Positions 1 through 14,599 of a stretch of DNA of 64,000 nt are shown one piece after another (position 1 is the stretch's first letter; every line of letters starts with the position of its first letter). The stretch spans positions 117,058,001 through 117,122,000 of the forward strand of contig NC_087437.1 in assembly GCF_036321535.1 (NCBI RefSeq), written 5' to 3'. The DNA comes from Camelus dromedarius. Lineage: Eukaryota. The position numbers and the translations under genes were made by a program. The notes below the pieces were generated by a model, which ran no database searches, had not been told where the DNA came from, and saw nothing but the letters and a program-made list of their open reading frames with translations.

Positions 1-47
1 CAACCTGTGCAGTGAATAAATGTTTGTAGATGGATGACTGGTTTTCA

Positions 48-209
<162 letters not shown>

Positions 210-2228
210 TTAACACTAACATTTTTAATTTACAAAATACTATTTGATACAGATAAAACAAATCAAATAATATTTTTATCTTAAAATTAGCCACCCTTCC
301 CCATTGCATTTTTCAGTAATAAAATACACGTGAAAAAGACAGAGTGTTACACTCAGCAATTTACTGAAGGTATAGAACCGAGTAATTTTTAAAAGTCATT
401 TATAACTAGGTTCCATTATTTAGCGGATCCAAATACCCACTGCAAAATAAGTTCTATTACAAAGAACAAAATTAAAACTCAAAAATCTTTTACTACAATG
501 TATACTATCAGTAAATACTTGTTTACTAAGTGTATTAAATATACTTATGAAATATGTAACATTTCCTGAATAAAATAAAATTATAAAAGTATGATTAGAA
601 GTTAATCCATGATTATTCTAAAGTTGCTGCTATGTAAGTATCTCCACAGTAAACAGTGCTCTAATTCTTAAGATCTCACAAGAAAAATCAGGTCTAAATG
701 TACCCCTGACAATGCCTACATATCTATTATTTAAAAGAATTAACAATCCTCATATCCCATTATCTCAGCATGATATCAAAGCAGCCAAGCAGACCTCAGG
801 AGAAGACCTATACAAACCAAAGGAGCTGGAAGAATGTTTCAGCTGACGTCAGTGATTTTAGATCACACATACACATTTCTAAATGGATTCTGTAACTGTT
901 AGCACTTCTAGAGAAACAAACTGTATCTGACCTTTGTCTTATATACATGACAACAGAAACACAGACTGCTGTAGTAACTCTGTCTCTCTTCCCATCCATC
1001 CCGTCATTTCAGAACAAATCACCATGAAAAATAATACTTATCCTCATTAGAAATTCTTTGAGAGATTAACAATTCTTTCTTCAAGAAAAGTTTTACAGAG
1101 GTAGTATCAATCAATGGAAGGTATATACTAAAATTTTGATATAATACCATAGTTCCTAATTCTATAATGTAAATAACCTAATTTAACAAGTATCAATTAT
1201 AGAATTTGTTAAATAAGTATTATAGTAATAACAACAAATCCAGTGACTTCATTTTGAGAAGCCTAATATAAAAACATGTTTATTTAGAGAGCCAGTCTTT
1301 GATATCAAAAAGAAAATGATCTTAAGCCTTCTTTTAATTTAAAGTTGCTCATCTTACACTGAAAAAGTATTATTTCAGCTGAAAACACCTTCTAATATTA
1401 GATAAATAGGGAAGAAAAATGTTACATAGTTCTTTGGGACTTGGCCGCATGACTTGTTAACTCCCACATATTTTGGCTGTCTGGGTTGGTATGATATCAA
1501 AGTAAGATAAGATTTTTTTCAAATAAACCGATTTTGGCTAGATATTTTGGCTAGTCAAGAATAGAATAAACTGAGTAAAAAGTTCTCAATACAGCAAAAA
1601 TATAAAAAAGCTTCCTATAATATCACTGCTCAAACTTTAGGAGAATAAGATTTTATGGGGAGCAAAAATAAATTAATCAGTATAAGAGATTTGGTGCAGT
1701 AATTTCACAACCTCAAAAATAAAACAAAACCACCAGATTACAAGGAGTGGTTGGGAATCATTCCCTAGCATTTACTTGTAGATAATTAAAGTTAAAAAAA
1801 TGTTCTTTGAATGAGCATGTTGGCAGAATAAAATGAGAGCTTCTAAAGTACACACCGTGGGGGCTGAAAAACATAATAGATAGGAAAAACACAATAGGTA
1901 GGAAACTATAAACTGAATTATTTTTCAGCTTTCTGATTGTTTTGCAACACGGGGTAATTCTGTGAATTATACCAGTTTCACATTAAAGACAGCAGTAATA
2001 TTGTATGGACAAGTCTGAAATAAAAGGTCTACTCTAGCCTTTAGTCAATGAGTAAGAAATCATCCTTCCAAAAGGTACCCTACATACCAAGCCCTAAGCA
2101 AAATACACTTATCACTTACATTTCTTTCTAGAATTTATATGGTTGCATCACCATAATAAGCAACACTACAACCAAAAAAATATGTCAATGAAATGAGAGA
2201 TAATTTCTCACGGTATAAATAAAACTCA

Positions 2229-2703
<475 letters not shown>

Positions 2704-2902
2704 GTTTAGTAAATTATTTACTCTAATGTTTTCTCAAAAACAAATGCAGAAGCAAATTCCTCTACAGGCCAGAATTCTCTACACATCTAAGTGGCAAGGA
2801 AAATGCATACACATGCTTGTGCCTAACTGCTGCTGCAACACCACTATTTTTCCTTCTAGTGGGCCCATCATCAGAACTTCAGCTTATACCTTAGGCTGTT
2901 CA

Positions 2903-3148
<246 letters not shown>

Positions 3149-3810
3149 TTAAAAGAATAACTGGTTAAAATAACGAAATTCCTTAAGACTATAATTCTCC
3201 ACATATTGCCAAATTAAGTCAACTCACAATTTAGAATTCCAAACCAGGAGAGGAGTTTAATTTACCATTGATTACAATCATTTCTGCTAAATCTTCACAT
3301 CTTTTTGGAGGCAGGTATTTAATACTGTTCCTAACATAAGGAATATACTCACTTCAGAAAAAACACAACAAAAGTGTAAGAAGGAATGCACAAATCTTCC
3401 ATCAGCTCAATATCTAAAGACAATCACTGTGAACAATCTGAATTTCCTTCTGGCTTTCTTTTCTTCCTAGAGACACATTTTCATTATACAATTTTGTATT
3501 ATGCAAGTCAAAATACATAGGCATTTGGTTTATTAAATATTCTTCCAAACCTTGATATTAAATCTCTACCTAATACATTTCAAAAAGTTATTTGTTGAGG
3601 ATCTACTATGTGCTGTGACCTATTCTAGGCAGTAGGGATAAGACAGAGAACAGGAGACAGTTCCTGCTATAACTGACTATCTTACTCATTAATGGATGTA
3701 TCATAAGCCTTCCCCATAATGTTTCCTAATTCTAAGAGTATGAGAAATCATTCATCCATTTATTCATTGCACAAATGTTATTGTTATAATGTACCAAAGT
3801 GCTAAGAGTA

Positions 3811-4455
3811 CAGCTGATTTTCATTATTTGCATCATTCTTATAATTCTATAAAGTTACCTGAAACAGTGAATTAGTGAATACTTAACCACTGCTCCTGGA
3901 GAAAATACAGGGTTAGGTTGCTACAGGCCTCCAGTCACAACATTTCTGTCACCTAATTAATATAGTATCTTATTTTACGTGAGTTACTGTGTAAAGACAT
4001 CTCATTTAATATATGTCGTTGATTCATTAAAACTGAACTGACAGCCACAGCACTGTAACTCAAGCCTAAACAAAGCTTATCTAACACATATTTTCTCCAT
4101 GAAGTACAGAATTCACTTTCTTGTGCTTAGTAAACACAATACAACACTTTAGCACTACACTTAGGGGCAATTTTAAACAGTAAATCACCAACAAAAAGCT
4201 TTAAAAAAGTGAAAAAAGTGGTATTAAATAAGACTATAGAAAAGAACACTTATTTGTAATATGAGGGCTCAGAGGTATCCCCTTGTTCAACCTCAGCTGG
4301 GAACATGCTAGGTGGGCAAAGTCAAGTTTTCTGCCACTCTGTGCATGTCTGCAAGTGAGCAGAAAGCATCCTGAGTATTGATTTTGGTGTTAAAAATAGC
4401 ATAGAGTGAGTAGGCAAGCTCACTATACAGAAATCTGAAAAATGTGGATCAAGTG
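3811..4455 (+). mobile_element. Near full-length MER82-like TcMar-Tigger element
   Basis: TA at 3809-3810 and 4456-4457; terminal inverted repeats cagctgattttcatt / aatgtggatcaagtg; internal gaaaatacagggttaggtt and cctcagctgggaac. Confidence 0.82.
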
Positions 4456-5375
4456 TACTCAGGTACACAGTGTGGTGTACAGTGTACAGTGAAGCAGACA
4501 TAAATATGAATGTATCTAAAGCCAAATTCACAGCAGTAGAGCCATTAAGCTGAATGAGTGTTAAGAACAGCTATCTTTGTTAAAATTAGTTTTTTCATCT
4601 TCTGACAGTTACTGAAAATATCAGAAACATAAAGTATAAAGAATAAAAATCACTTGTAATACTATTTTACATATAATCACCACTGACATATTAATGTCTT
4701 TATTTTGGTTGACTGTATGTCTTTAAATTCTTATGATAACCACAGACAATTTCACATCCCATTTTTCCTCTTAGCAATACACTGTATGTGCCTAACAAAT
4801 ACTGTAAAAGCCTCAGTTACATTGTGAGCTCTACATAGTAGCCAACTGTGTGAATATACCATGGTTTGATTCATCAGTAATGTGGGATATGTGGACTTCT
4901 TCTAATTTTTTGTTTCTATAAACAGTGATACAGGATTACTCTGCTCATAAATTTTACGTACTTCTGGTTGTTTCCTAAATTACCAGAAATAAAATTAGTG
5001 ATTTCAAAGGTCTAAATATTTTCACTTTCAATTCCAATTGCCAAGAGACCCTCTTGAAAGCCTAGAGCTGTTTCATGTACCCTATCACCAAGATGAGTAA
5101 CAGTTAACAAACCAAAACCTTTGCTATTGTTAAAACATGGTATTTTCTTCCTTTAAATGTTAAAAGAAAAATTATAAAATTGGTTAAGTACAGGGAAGCT
5201 AAAGTTTTTCCTGTATTTTATTATGCATGAGGTTGAACATTTTTTTCCAATGTGTATTTCTTCTTTTGAAAATCTGTCCTGAATATAAGCATTTTAAGAT
5301 TAATGATATATACAGCCAAGCTGCCTTCCAGTAATATACAGTGTCCACTGACAAGCATGTCTTCTACTGGATCTT

Positions 5376-5901
5376 TTTTTTTTTTTTTGTATATATGTGT
5401 TTTTATTGAAGTATAGTCAATTCACAATGTTGTGTCAATTTCTGGTGTACAGCATAATGCTTCATACATGAGCATACATACATTCTTTTCCTATTCTTTT
5501 TCACCATTAGTTACTACAAGATACTGAATATAATAGTTCCCTGTGCTACAGAGTATGAACCTATTGTTTATCTATTTTATATGTATTAGTTAGTATCTGC
5601 AAATCTTCCCACCCCCACCCCCGTTACCATAAGTTTGTTTTCTATGTCTGAGTCTGTTTGTTTTGTAAATAAGTTCATTTGTCTTTTTTTAAGATTCCAC
5701 ATATAAGTGATATCATACGGTATTTTTTTTCTTTCTCTTTCTGGCTTACTTCACTTAGAATGACAATCTCCAGGTCCATCCATGCTGCTGCAAATGGCAT
5801 TATTTTATTATTTTTTATGGCTGAGTAGTATTCCACTGTATAAACATACCACCACCTCTTTATCCAGTCATCTGTCAATGGACATTTAGATTGTTTCCAT
5901 T
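5376..5901 (-). mobile_element. 5'-truncated young L1 (ORF2 C-terminus, 3' UTR, poly-A)
   Basis: Perfect 14-bp TSD ttctactggatctt at 5362-5375 and 5902-5915; poly-T on +; ORF 5675..5878 reads EYYSAIK...MPFAAAWMDLEIVILSEVSQ, the L1 ORF2 end. Confidence 0.93.
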
Positions 5902-6070
5902 TTCTACTGGATCTTAAGATTTACCAGGTAACAGCAAAAATATTCTTAAGTAGGACATTAATGGAAAGACAGTAATGAAATATGCCTCCAGTAGGCATTT
6001 TTAATGAATTTATAAATAATTTAACTATATATGTATGTGCTAAATATTTAATAATTTAGTGATACCATCA

Positions 6071-6184
<114 letters not shown>

Positions 6185-6276
6185 CTACAAAAGGGAAGTA
6201 TACGTTAAAAAATAAAAACCTTAGAGTAATATTAATTTTATATTTCATATTCATGTTTTTAAATTTTATTACTCAC

Positions 6277-6402
6277 CTCATCACCCATTTGAGGAACAAA
6301 AGGTGACTTTCGAAGTGTGGTGTCAGTTATCCAAACCGGAGGATGAAATTCATATAAATGTTCCATGTTTGTAAGCTCTGCCTGAGTCATCCTCTGCAAA
6401 TT
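6277..6402 (-). CDS. BRWD1: BRWD1 exon 24 (126 bp): [42 protein letters not shown]
   Basis: Acceptor cccttggcag|AAT, donor GAG|gtgagt. Confidence 0.96.
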
Positions 6403-7258
6403 CTGCCAAGGGGACGAGAACAAAGCTTAATAGAATAGAAAGGGGCAGCATGCGCTGTTTAATTGAAAAACAGAAGAAACGTCACCATTCAGAATGACTG
6501 TTTCACGTGGCGTGTCACCTAACGACTAGTTTTTAAGCAGCATACATATCTGGTCCTTGAACGTACATAGGAACACTATCAGTTGTGCAAGCATTCACTA
6601 CAGCTCTACCTAGCACTTGCCTACAGTCTCTTGGATTTCTAACAGATCCTTCCTAGCACTTCACATCCTATGAAACGGGGCTACTTTCCAACCTAAATGC
6701 TCTTCAACACACTGAGCCTGCCTGACCGACTCTCCACTCTGCATTTCACCACAGGCTAATCTTCACAGGGAATCTTTTTTTTTTTCCTTTTTCAGGGAAT
6801 CTCCTCTTGACTTCAGGTTTTAACAATAGTAATTTTAAAACATGACCACAAATTCTTTAATACTTCTCCTTCCCTCTTTAAGAGGCAGAGCCGAGGTCCC
6901 CTCCACTCTAGTGTAGGCTCCACTTGCTTCTAACAAATAGAATAAAGCAGAAGTGACAATGTGTGACTGTTAAGACTAGATCATAAAAGGCTTAATTTTT
7001 AGATTCACTCAGAAAGGTTTAAGTGCCAAGTCTAACTCACAGCAGATTAGAAAGAGAAGTTTTAATAATAAAGCTGCTTTATTTTTTTTGTAAAAAATAA
7101 AAGTTTGCTTCCATTTTACATTTGACTCCTGATGACGTAACATCAATCAAAAAATACACACATACATACATACGTACATAAAGGCTCCAGTTTCCCAATA
7201 ATTTCTAATTTCTAAATATGGATAGAAACTATGAAAGTGTAGATAGATGTTATTTTTA

Positions 7259-7513
<255 letters not shown>

Positions 7514-8274
7514 CTAATAGTAAATTAATCCTATAACCTTAAGAGAGGAGGAGACAAGAAGGAGGGAAGAAGAAAGATTCTAGGAAGATACAACTGAACA
7601 ATCTGCCCTCACTATCAAGGAATATTGAAACGACCACAGATCATGAGAAAAAGAGAAAAATCTTCACTGACATTGGAAAATTAGGGAAAGACAAAGCCTG
7701 AGAAACGTTTTTTAAGTCTACTTTGGATGAGCCCTCACGTAAGACAACATCTAGAGCCAACTAGTAACTCCGCTTTCCCAACGTGAAGGGCAGTTACAAA
7801 GACAGCAGGGACAGCGCAGAAGCGTAAGAGCAGCACGCGCTGGAGGAGGCCAAGAAAGTTTCACTGGAGTGAAAACCACCAGCGACACACTGAGAAGCAC
7901 AAGGAAAGCATGGCCACACCAAACAGAGAGTCGTAAATGGGCAGAGTTTCTTGCCAAGAGGGGGACCATCCCTGATGTGAGAAAAGATCCACAGAGGGAC
8001 AAGTTCTAGCCCACCCTAGAACAACAGCAGAGTCAAACAGGAAACAAGGTCCAGAAAACTAGGCCCTGGTCCACTCCTAGCTTCAACAAACACCATAGAG
8101 GACAAAGGCCCTCTACTGGGGCCATCACTAACTAACCACATACCTCTCAGGCTCAATAAAACACACACATTTCCAAAAGCTATTTATTATAATTGTTATT
8201 TTTGTATGAATATTTTACGTTGTAAGAAGAGCTTTTTAAAAATCTTAGGAGCATCTGCTTTGTATAATCAAATT

Positions 8275-8520
8275 CAAGAAAAGCCGAATTAAAAAGACAA
8301 TGAATATAGAGATGGAACGGACAATGGTGATTGCCAAGGGCAGGCAGCATAGAGTGCAGAATTGTTATTTAATAGGTATACCATCGCAGTTCTGCAAGAT
8401 GAATTCTGGAGACTGGGTACACAACAATGTGACTGTACTATAACACTATTGAACTGTACAGTTAAAAATAGTTAAGATGGTAAATTTTATGTTCTGAATA
8501 TTTTACCATTAAAATTAAAA
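8275..8520 (+). mobile_element. L1MA/MB-type 3' end fragment
   Basis: caatggtgattgccaaggg...gaactgtacagttaaaaatagttaagatggtaaattttatg resembles an L1 3' UTR. Confidence 0.7.
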
Positions 8521-8862
8521 GACAAAAACAAACAACAAAAACAAGAATAGACAAATGTTCTAGAAATCACTCCAGCTCTTAAGCATACTAGAATAAAAGA
8601 AGACAAGAAAGGAAGCAGCTGGGAGTATGTATGGTGGGCTGTAAAGCACAGTATTAATGGAAATGAAAATAAAATCATCTCAGTCACAGTAAGAAGGGAG
8701 AATTTTCTAGACTTGGTGATGGAAATGCTGTGAAGAGAGAATGACACCCAGGTTTCTGGCTTGAGCATCTGCCAGGACAAACCTGATGTTTACAAAGAAG
8801 AGGAACAGACGTTAACTCTTAGTCTCATAAAATTTGGATACCAAGACTAAAAAGGTAACACA

Positions 8863-9374
8863 TGATACAAAATAAAGTTTCTATTTTAAGGCAGGACAAG
8901 AAAAATTAAAAATAAAATTCTCTCTCTGTCCAGTTGGGCCTCCTCCTTCCCTAATATGCAGTGTCCATCTTTATTACATTGCACATTAACCAGAGCTCCT
9001 CAAAGGTGGGGATGCCTGCTTGACTGTAAAGATCATTTTTTTTCTTTCTTCTGAGGCTAGCAATGTAACTTCTTAAAAGAATAGCACGCTTTCCCAGCTC
9101 TGCAGGGGGTCGTGGTACTTGCTGCTCACTTCGTACATGCTTACCTGGACCCTGTATTCTTGGTGAACTTTATGTAAAATATCCGTATGTCATTCAGATG
9201 TACCATCATTTGTCTTAAATATGTTTATGACTGTGCCTTCAACTTCTAACAGGCAAAACAGTTTCCAAAGCTTCCGGAGAATCTCCTTCCCAGGTTATAA
9301 TCCTCAATTTGGCTCAAATAAAATTCCCTTTATTTTTCTACTTAACCTGATAGTTAATTGAATTTTCCTTAACA
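8863..9374 (+). mobile_element. Probable solo ERV LTR
   Basis: TG...CA ends; AATAAA in the LTR-like context cctcaatttggctcaaataaaattc; TSD not resolved. Confidence 0.55.
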
Positions 9375-9708
9375 TATCCAATAATTAATAATAAATTTAA
9401 CAGTGGTTTTACCACACAGATTTTGGATACTACTTTCTACAAACACAGCCCAAAACTAAATTGATGTTTTTAATACACGTATTTTACACTGTTGGCTCAA
9501 ATGTTTTATAACCAAACAAAAATACCCAAAATATTTTCTATAGAAACAATTATTAATCCAGCTTTCTTCTCCTTTTAGATGTATTAACAACTCAATGTCA
9601 ATTGCTCCACAGTTGTGAGCTCTTATATCTTGAATGCCATTCACGTATGACTCCATTTAAGGTTATAACTAAAATGTTTAAAAGATCAGAACAACTAAAA
9701 ATAGATAC

Positions 9709-9806
9709 CTTGAACTTTCACTGTCACTGTCACTTCTTCTGTCACTTTTCCATTCTTCTTCTTCAGAAGAAGAACAAGAACCTTCACTTGGATCACAGGA
9801 AGTCTC
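9709..9806 (-). CDS. BRWD1: BRWD1 exon 22 (98 bp): ETSCDPSEGSCSSSEEEEWKSDRRSDSDSESS
   Basis: Acceptor (c)12aaattag|GAG, donor AAG|gtatct. Confidence 0.93.
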
Positions 9807-10084
9807 CTAATTTGGGGGGGGGGGGATAAAAAATCTTGATCTATGAGATTAAATAACACAAGTCAAGAAAAACCAGTCACCCTAATCATAAGTAAGCATG
9901 ATAACTGAGTAATAAAATATAACTAGATAAATTTAAAAAGCAAATGTCTTTACTACATCCTTTTTCTTATCAAGGCATTAGACCACAGAGAGTATTTGTG
10001 AGACCTAACACAATTGATGACTATTAACAAAAGAAACTGATACAATAAGCTATTCTCTGAGTGAAGTTAGTAAGTCAATATAAA

Positions 10085-11560
10085 TGTTCTCAGTGCTTTG
10101 GACTTAAGCCGCTGTAATAGGTGGGTAGTGGCAGCTCACCATCATTACTTTCAATTCCCTAATGATAGATGTATGATGTTGAGTAACTTTTCATATGCTT
10201 ATTTACCATCTATGTATCTTCTTTAACAGGTGTCCATTAGATCTCTTAACGATTTTTAAATTGGACTGTGTTCTTCCTGAGTTTTAAGAATACAATTCCT
10301 TTATCAGATATGAGTTTCACAAATATTTTCTTCTGGTCTGTGGCTTGTCTTTTCATTCTCTTAACAGTATCTTCCAGGTTTTTCTACTTCTCAAGTTTTT
10401 CTGTCAAGGACCATGCCTTTGGCGCTGTATCTACAAAGTCATCATTCAAAGTCACCTAGATTTTATTATGTGTCATCTCTTAGAAATTTTATAGTTTTGT
10501 GTTTTACATTTACATTAAATTTATGATGTTTATGATATATTTTGAGTTAGTTTTTATGAAAAGACTGCCTAGGTGTTTTGTTGTTTTTTTTTGCATGTGA
10601 ATATATGATTGTTTCAGCACCGCTTGTTGAGAAGATTATGCTTTGTCCATTGAGTTGGTGTTGCTCCTCTGTCAAACACTAGTGGACTGTATTTGTATTG
10701 GTCTATTTCTGGGTTCCATTTTCTGTTCCACTGATCTATGTGTCTATTCTTTCACCAGTACTAACTGTCTTAAAAACTAGATTTATACTAAGTCTTAATG
10801 TCAAGTAGTACCTATCAGGCCTGCAACTCTATTATTTTTCAGTATTCTGTTAGCTATTCTGGGTTTTTTCTTCTCCAAATAAACTTCAGAACTCTTTACC
10901 AATATCCATAAAATTAACTTGCTGAGACTCTGACTGGGATTGTGTTGAATCTATAGATGAAATTGGGAAGAACTAATATCCTAACAAAGATGCAAAGCAC
11001 AGGAACTCTCATTCATTGTTGATCAGAATACACAACGTAATCCAGCCACTTTCGGTAACAATTTGGCAGTTTCCTACAGAGCTAAACACAGATTTATCAT
11101 AGAGGAACATTAAACTCATATAACTAGAAGGAAGTCAACGTGAAAAGGCTACACACTGTTTGCCCCTACTATATGGCATTCTGGAAGAGTCAAAACTATG
11201 GAAACAGTAAAAGTATCAGTGTCTGCCAGTGGCTCAGGAAGAGGGAGGAAGTGAGGATTAGGTCTGTGGAGGCAGGCAGGTTAGGGCAGTAGAACTATTC
11301 TGTACGACACTCTTGTGGTCGATACGTAACATTATGCATCTGTAAAAACCCAGACAACACAGAGTGATCCCTAATGTAAACCATGGAATTCAGTTAATGA
11401 TAACACACAAAATTGGTTCATCAGCTGTAGCAACTGTACCACACTAAATCAAGATGTTACTAACAGGAAAGACTTGAGCAGGGAGAGAAAGAGCACAGGG
11501 AACTCACTATACTTACTGCATAGTCTTCTGTAAACCTAAACTAACACGTGAAGTCTTTAA
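10085..11560. mobile_element. L1MC-type element with inverted 5' segment
   Basis: 10085-10986 is antisense L1 ORF2 sequence; 10988-11560 is the sense ORF2 end plus an L1MC-like 3' UTR. Confidence 0.75.
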
Positions 11561-12589
11561 GGGAAGAGGGGAACAAAGGACCATCTGACTTCCACAACCT
11601 TAACAGTTACAGCCTACTTTAAGTTCCGGTCTTGGATACTAAGCAGCTACTTTTAAATTGAAACTTAACCTTTTCCTATAACAGCCATTTACATTAAGTA
11701 CATCGTTAACAGATAATAAAAATGCCATTGGGAAACAAAACTAAAAACATGAAATCACAAGGAAATATTTGCGTTCTTTACTTCATTTGAATAGGCAAAA
11801 TGCAAAGTAAACATCTAAAAAGAGTTCCTCAAAATGGGCACCCAGTGCTAGTCCAGGCAGGTTCTGGGCCCTACCACAGTAGATCTATGGAAAAGGAGTC
11901 AGCTTTTTATGCTCAAAATAGACTTCTTAAAAGTCACAGTAATAAAACAAATTCTTAAAATCTACTACCTGGAAACAGTGTACTCTACAAAAATTGTTTT
12001 ACATTTTTTATCTCAATTAACTCTCAAAACACCTCTGTAAACAGAGGCTGGGTTAATTAACATAAAGCTAATGAAGCATAAATTTCAGAGGCTTTTGATT
12101 TAACTTGCCTACCAAGGCCTCGTGTCTATTTGAATCTGAGTCTTCTTTCTCTAAAGAAGGTCCCTAAAATTATACAAGATTCAAAGACCACAAATTTTGG
12201 ATCCACCTTGCCTATGAGTTTTGTATTGTCTCAAGTCACTGCTTGCCCAAGACTGCCACTTCACACATAGAGAAACCCAAGGCTGAAAAATATGTAAAGT
12301 AATATGCCTGGAGTTACAGGAGATTAAGTATTAAAAATGGAATTGGAGATCCGGCCAACTCTAAAACCCATACTTTTTCTATCACTGTTTTCCAAACCAA
12401 AACAGAATGGAACTACCATACATATATATATACACACACCAATCTTTACCCATCTGCAAAAACACAGGAGAATGAGTTCATACCACTGTAGGTAAACTAC
12501 ACAAAACAAAATTATGATTTATTTCAAAAGGTCAAGAGGACTTAACATTCTACATTATATTTAAAAGTCCCCTATTAATTGAAAATATA

Positions 12590-14085
12590 CCAAGTTAAAA
12601 GACTTAAAAAGAAAAAACATAAGCTTAATACTACCGATGATCTAAAAAGAAAAAAGCAATCTATAATTATGCCTGATTCTTCAAAAAGAACACTTAAGAA
12701 AGTAAGACTTAGTTGGTATTTTCCCTAGCATAGTAAAATATGTCTCTATAGAGACCTAACACAGAGTATCTTACTTAATGTGAAAGTAACAGACACATTT
12801 CCACCAACAACAGGAGATGGTCCACTATCACCGCTATTATTCAACAATGTACTACAAGTATTAAACAATGCAATTAGGCAAGAGAAATCAATTACAAGTG
12901 TAAAACTTAGAGGAGAAGTAGCAAAACTGAATGTTGTATAAACGAGAGCGTACCTCGAAAACTTCAGGGAGTCCAATGATAAAATTAACTCACAAATTCA
13001 GTAACATAGCAGGATATGTGAAAAAATTTAAAACTGAGGTGGGAGGCCAAAGCCATGAAACAAATATGGCCAAAAGACATTAACAGACAAAGCACAAAGA
13101 TGAAAAAAGACTCTAAATATGTAAAAGAGATGTTCAAGTTTACACATAAAAAAATTCAAAGTAAAACTACACTGTGAAATGAACCAAAGACAAAAGGACA
13201 AATATTGTGATTCCACTTACATGAAGTATCTAGAATAGCAAATTCATAGAGACAGAAAGTAGAAGGGAGGTTACCGGGGGCTGAAGAGAGAAGGAAATGG
13301 GGAATTACTGTTTAATGAGAACAGAGTTGCTGTCTGGGATGATGAGAAAGTGCTAGAAATATACAGCGGTAATGGCTGCACGTATCTGTAAATGTAGTTA
13401 ATGCCACGGAACTATATGCTTAAAAACAGTTAAAATGGTAAACTGTATGTTATACATATTCTATCCCAAAAAAATAGCCAAAACACAATAAAATAAAACT
13501 AACATACCACCTCTCACCAATTAAATTGGCAAAAATGAGAAAGTGTAACACACTCTGTTGGTAAAAAGTAGGGAAACAAGCACTCTAACAGGCCAGAGGT
13601 AGGAATGCAAGGTGAGCGTCCCCTTTATGAGGAATTTTTATCAGCATCTCATAAAATGCATATGCAGTTATCTTTGGACCTAGCAATCCCATTTCAAGGA
13701 ATGTACCCCCCAAATTACATCTCCAACAGTAGAAAACTACATACATATACAAGATTTTTCATTGTAGCATTATTTAAAATAAAACCACTGGAAACATCCT
13801 AAATGCTCGTAACCAGAAGAGCAGTTAAATAAACTTTGTTACAATCACACAACTTAAATATAATGCAACTCTTTAAAAAAAAAAAAAGTGAGGAAGACAT
13901 TTACGAACTGATGTAATTTCAAGAATATTTTAAGTGAAAAAAAAAAAAAAACCCAAGTGCAAAAGAGTATCTGTAGTATGCTATACTTTGTGTACAAAAG
14001 GAGAAATCATAAAATATACATTTATCTGACTGAAATGTACAGGGAAAAAAAAAAAAACCACAGGAAGGATAAGCCGGAAACTCCT
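12590..14085 (+). mobile_element. Cluster of old L1 fragments with a nested L1MA/MB 3' end (about 13180-13470)
   Basis: ORF2-like ccactatcaccgctattattcaacaatgtact...caatgcaattaggcaagag; 3' UTR-like ggacaaatattgtgattccacttacatgaag. Confidence 0.65.
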
Positions 14086-14599
14086 GAGGAAGGGCGGTAA
14101 CATTTATCACAATCACCCAAAATCAATAAAGGTTTCAATACGCTCAATATGATATAAATAAGAAGAAAATAATGTAAGAACAGTGTCATTACATAAAACA
14201 AAATCATTTAACTGAATGGTTTTAATTATAATAGCAACTAACATTATTGAATATTAGGCAGGGTTTTAAGCACTTTACAAGACTAACTACATGAATTCCC
14301 ACAACACCTCTGAGGGACATACTACTAATTTCTTTTAGAGATAACAGGTAGAGGCACAGAAAGTTTAAGCAACTTGTCAAAGTGGAAAAATGTGGATTTA
14401 AATTCAAACCTTTTGTTTGACTACTATTCTAATGCTTTAGAGAGGAATCTGAATAAATTATTCATCCTTATGAAACATTTCGATCCTTAAAACATTACTG
14501 ATTAGAAAATATGGCCATTCTAACATTAAACTTTAAAAACTCTACAAAAATATTGGTTTCCCCAAAAAAACCAAGTTAAAGAAAAGTAACTTACATACG

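Noticed and set aside
9700..9708. U12-type donor after exon 22 (GTATCTATT)
   Set aside because: It differs from GTATCCTT at +6/+7, and the partner acceptor has a normal pyrimidine tract and no U12 branch motif.
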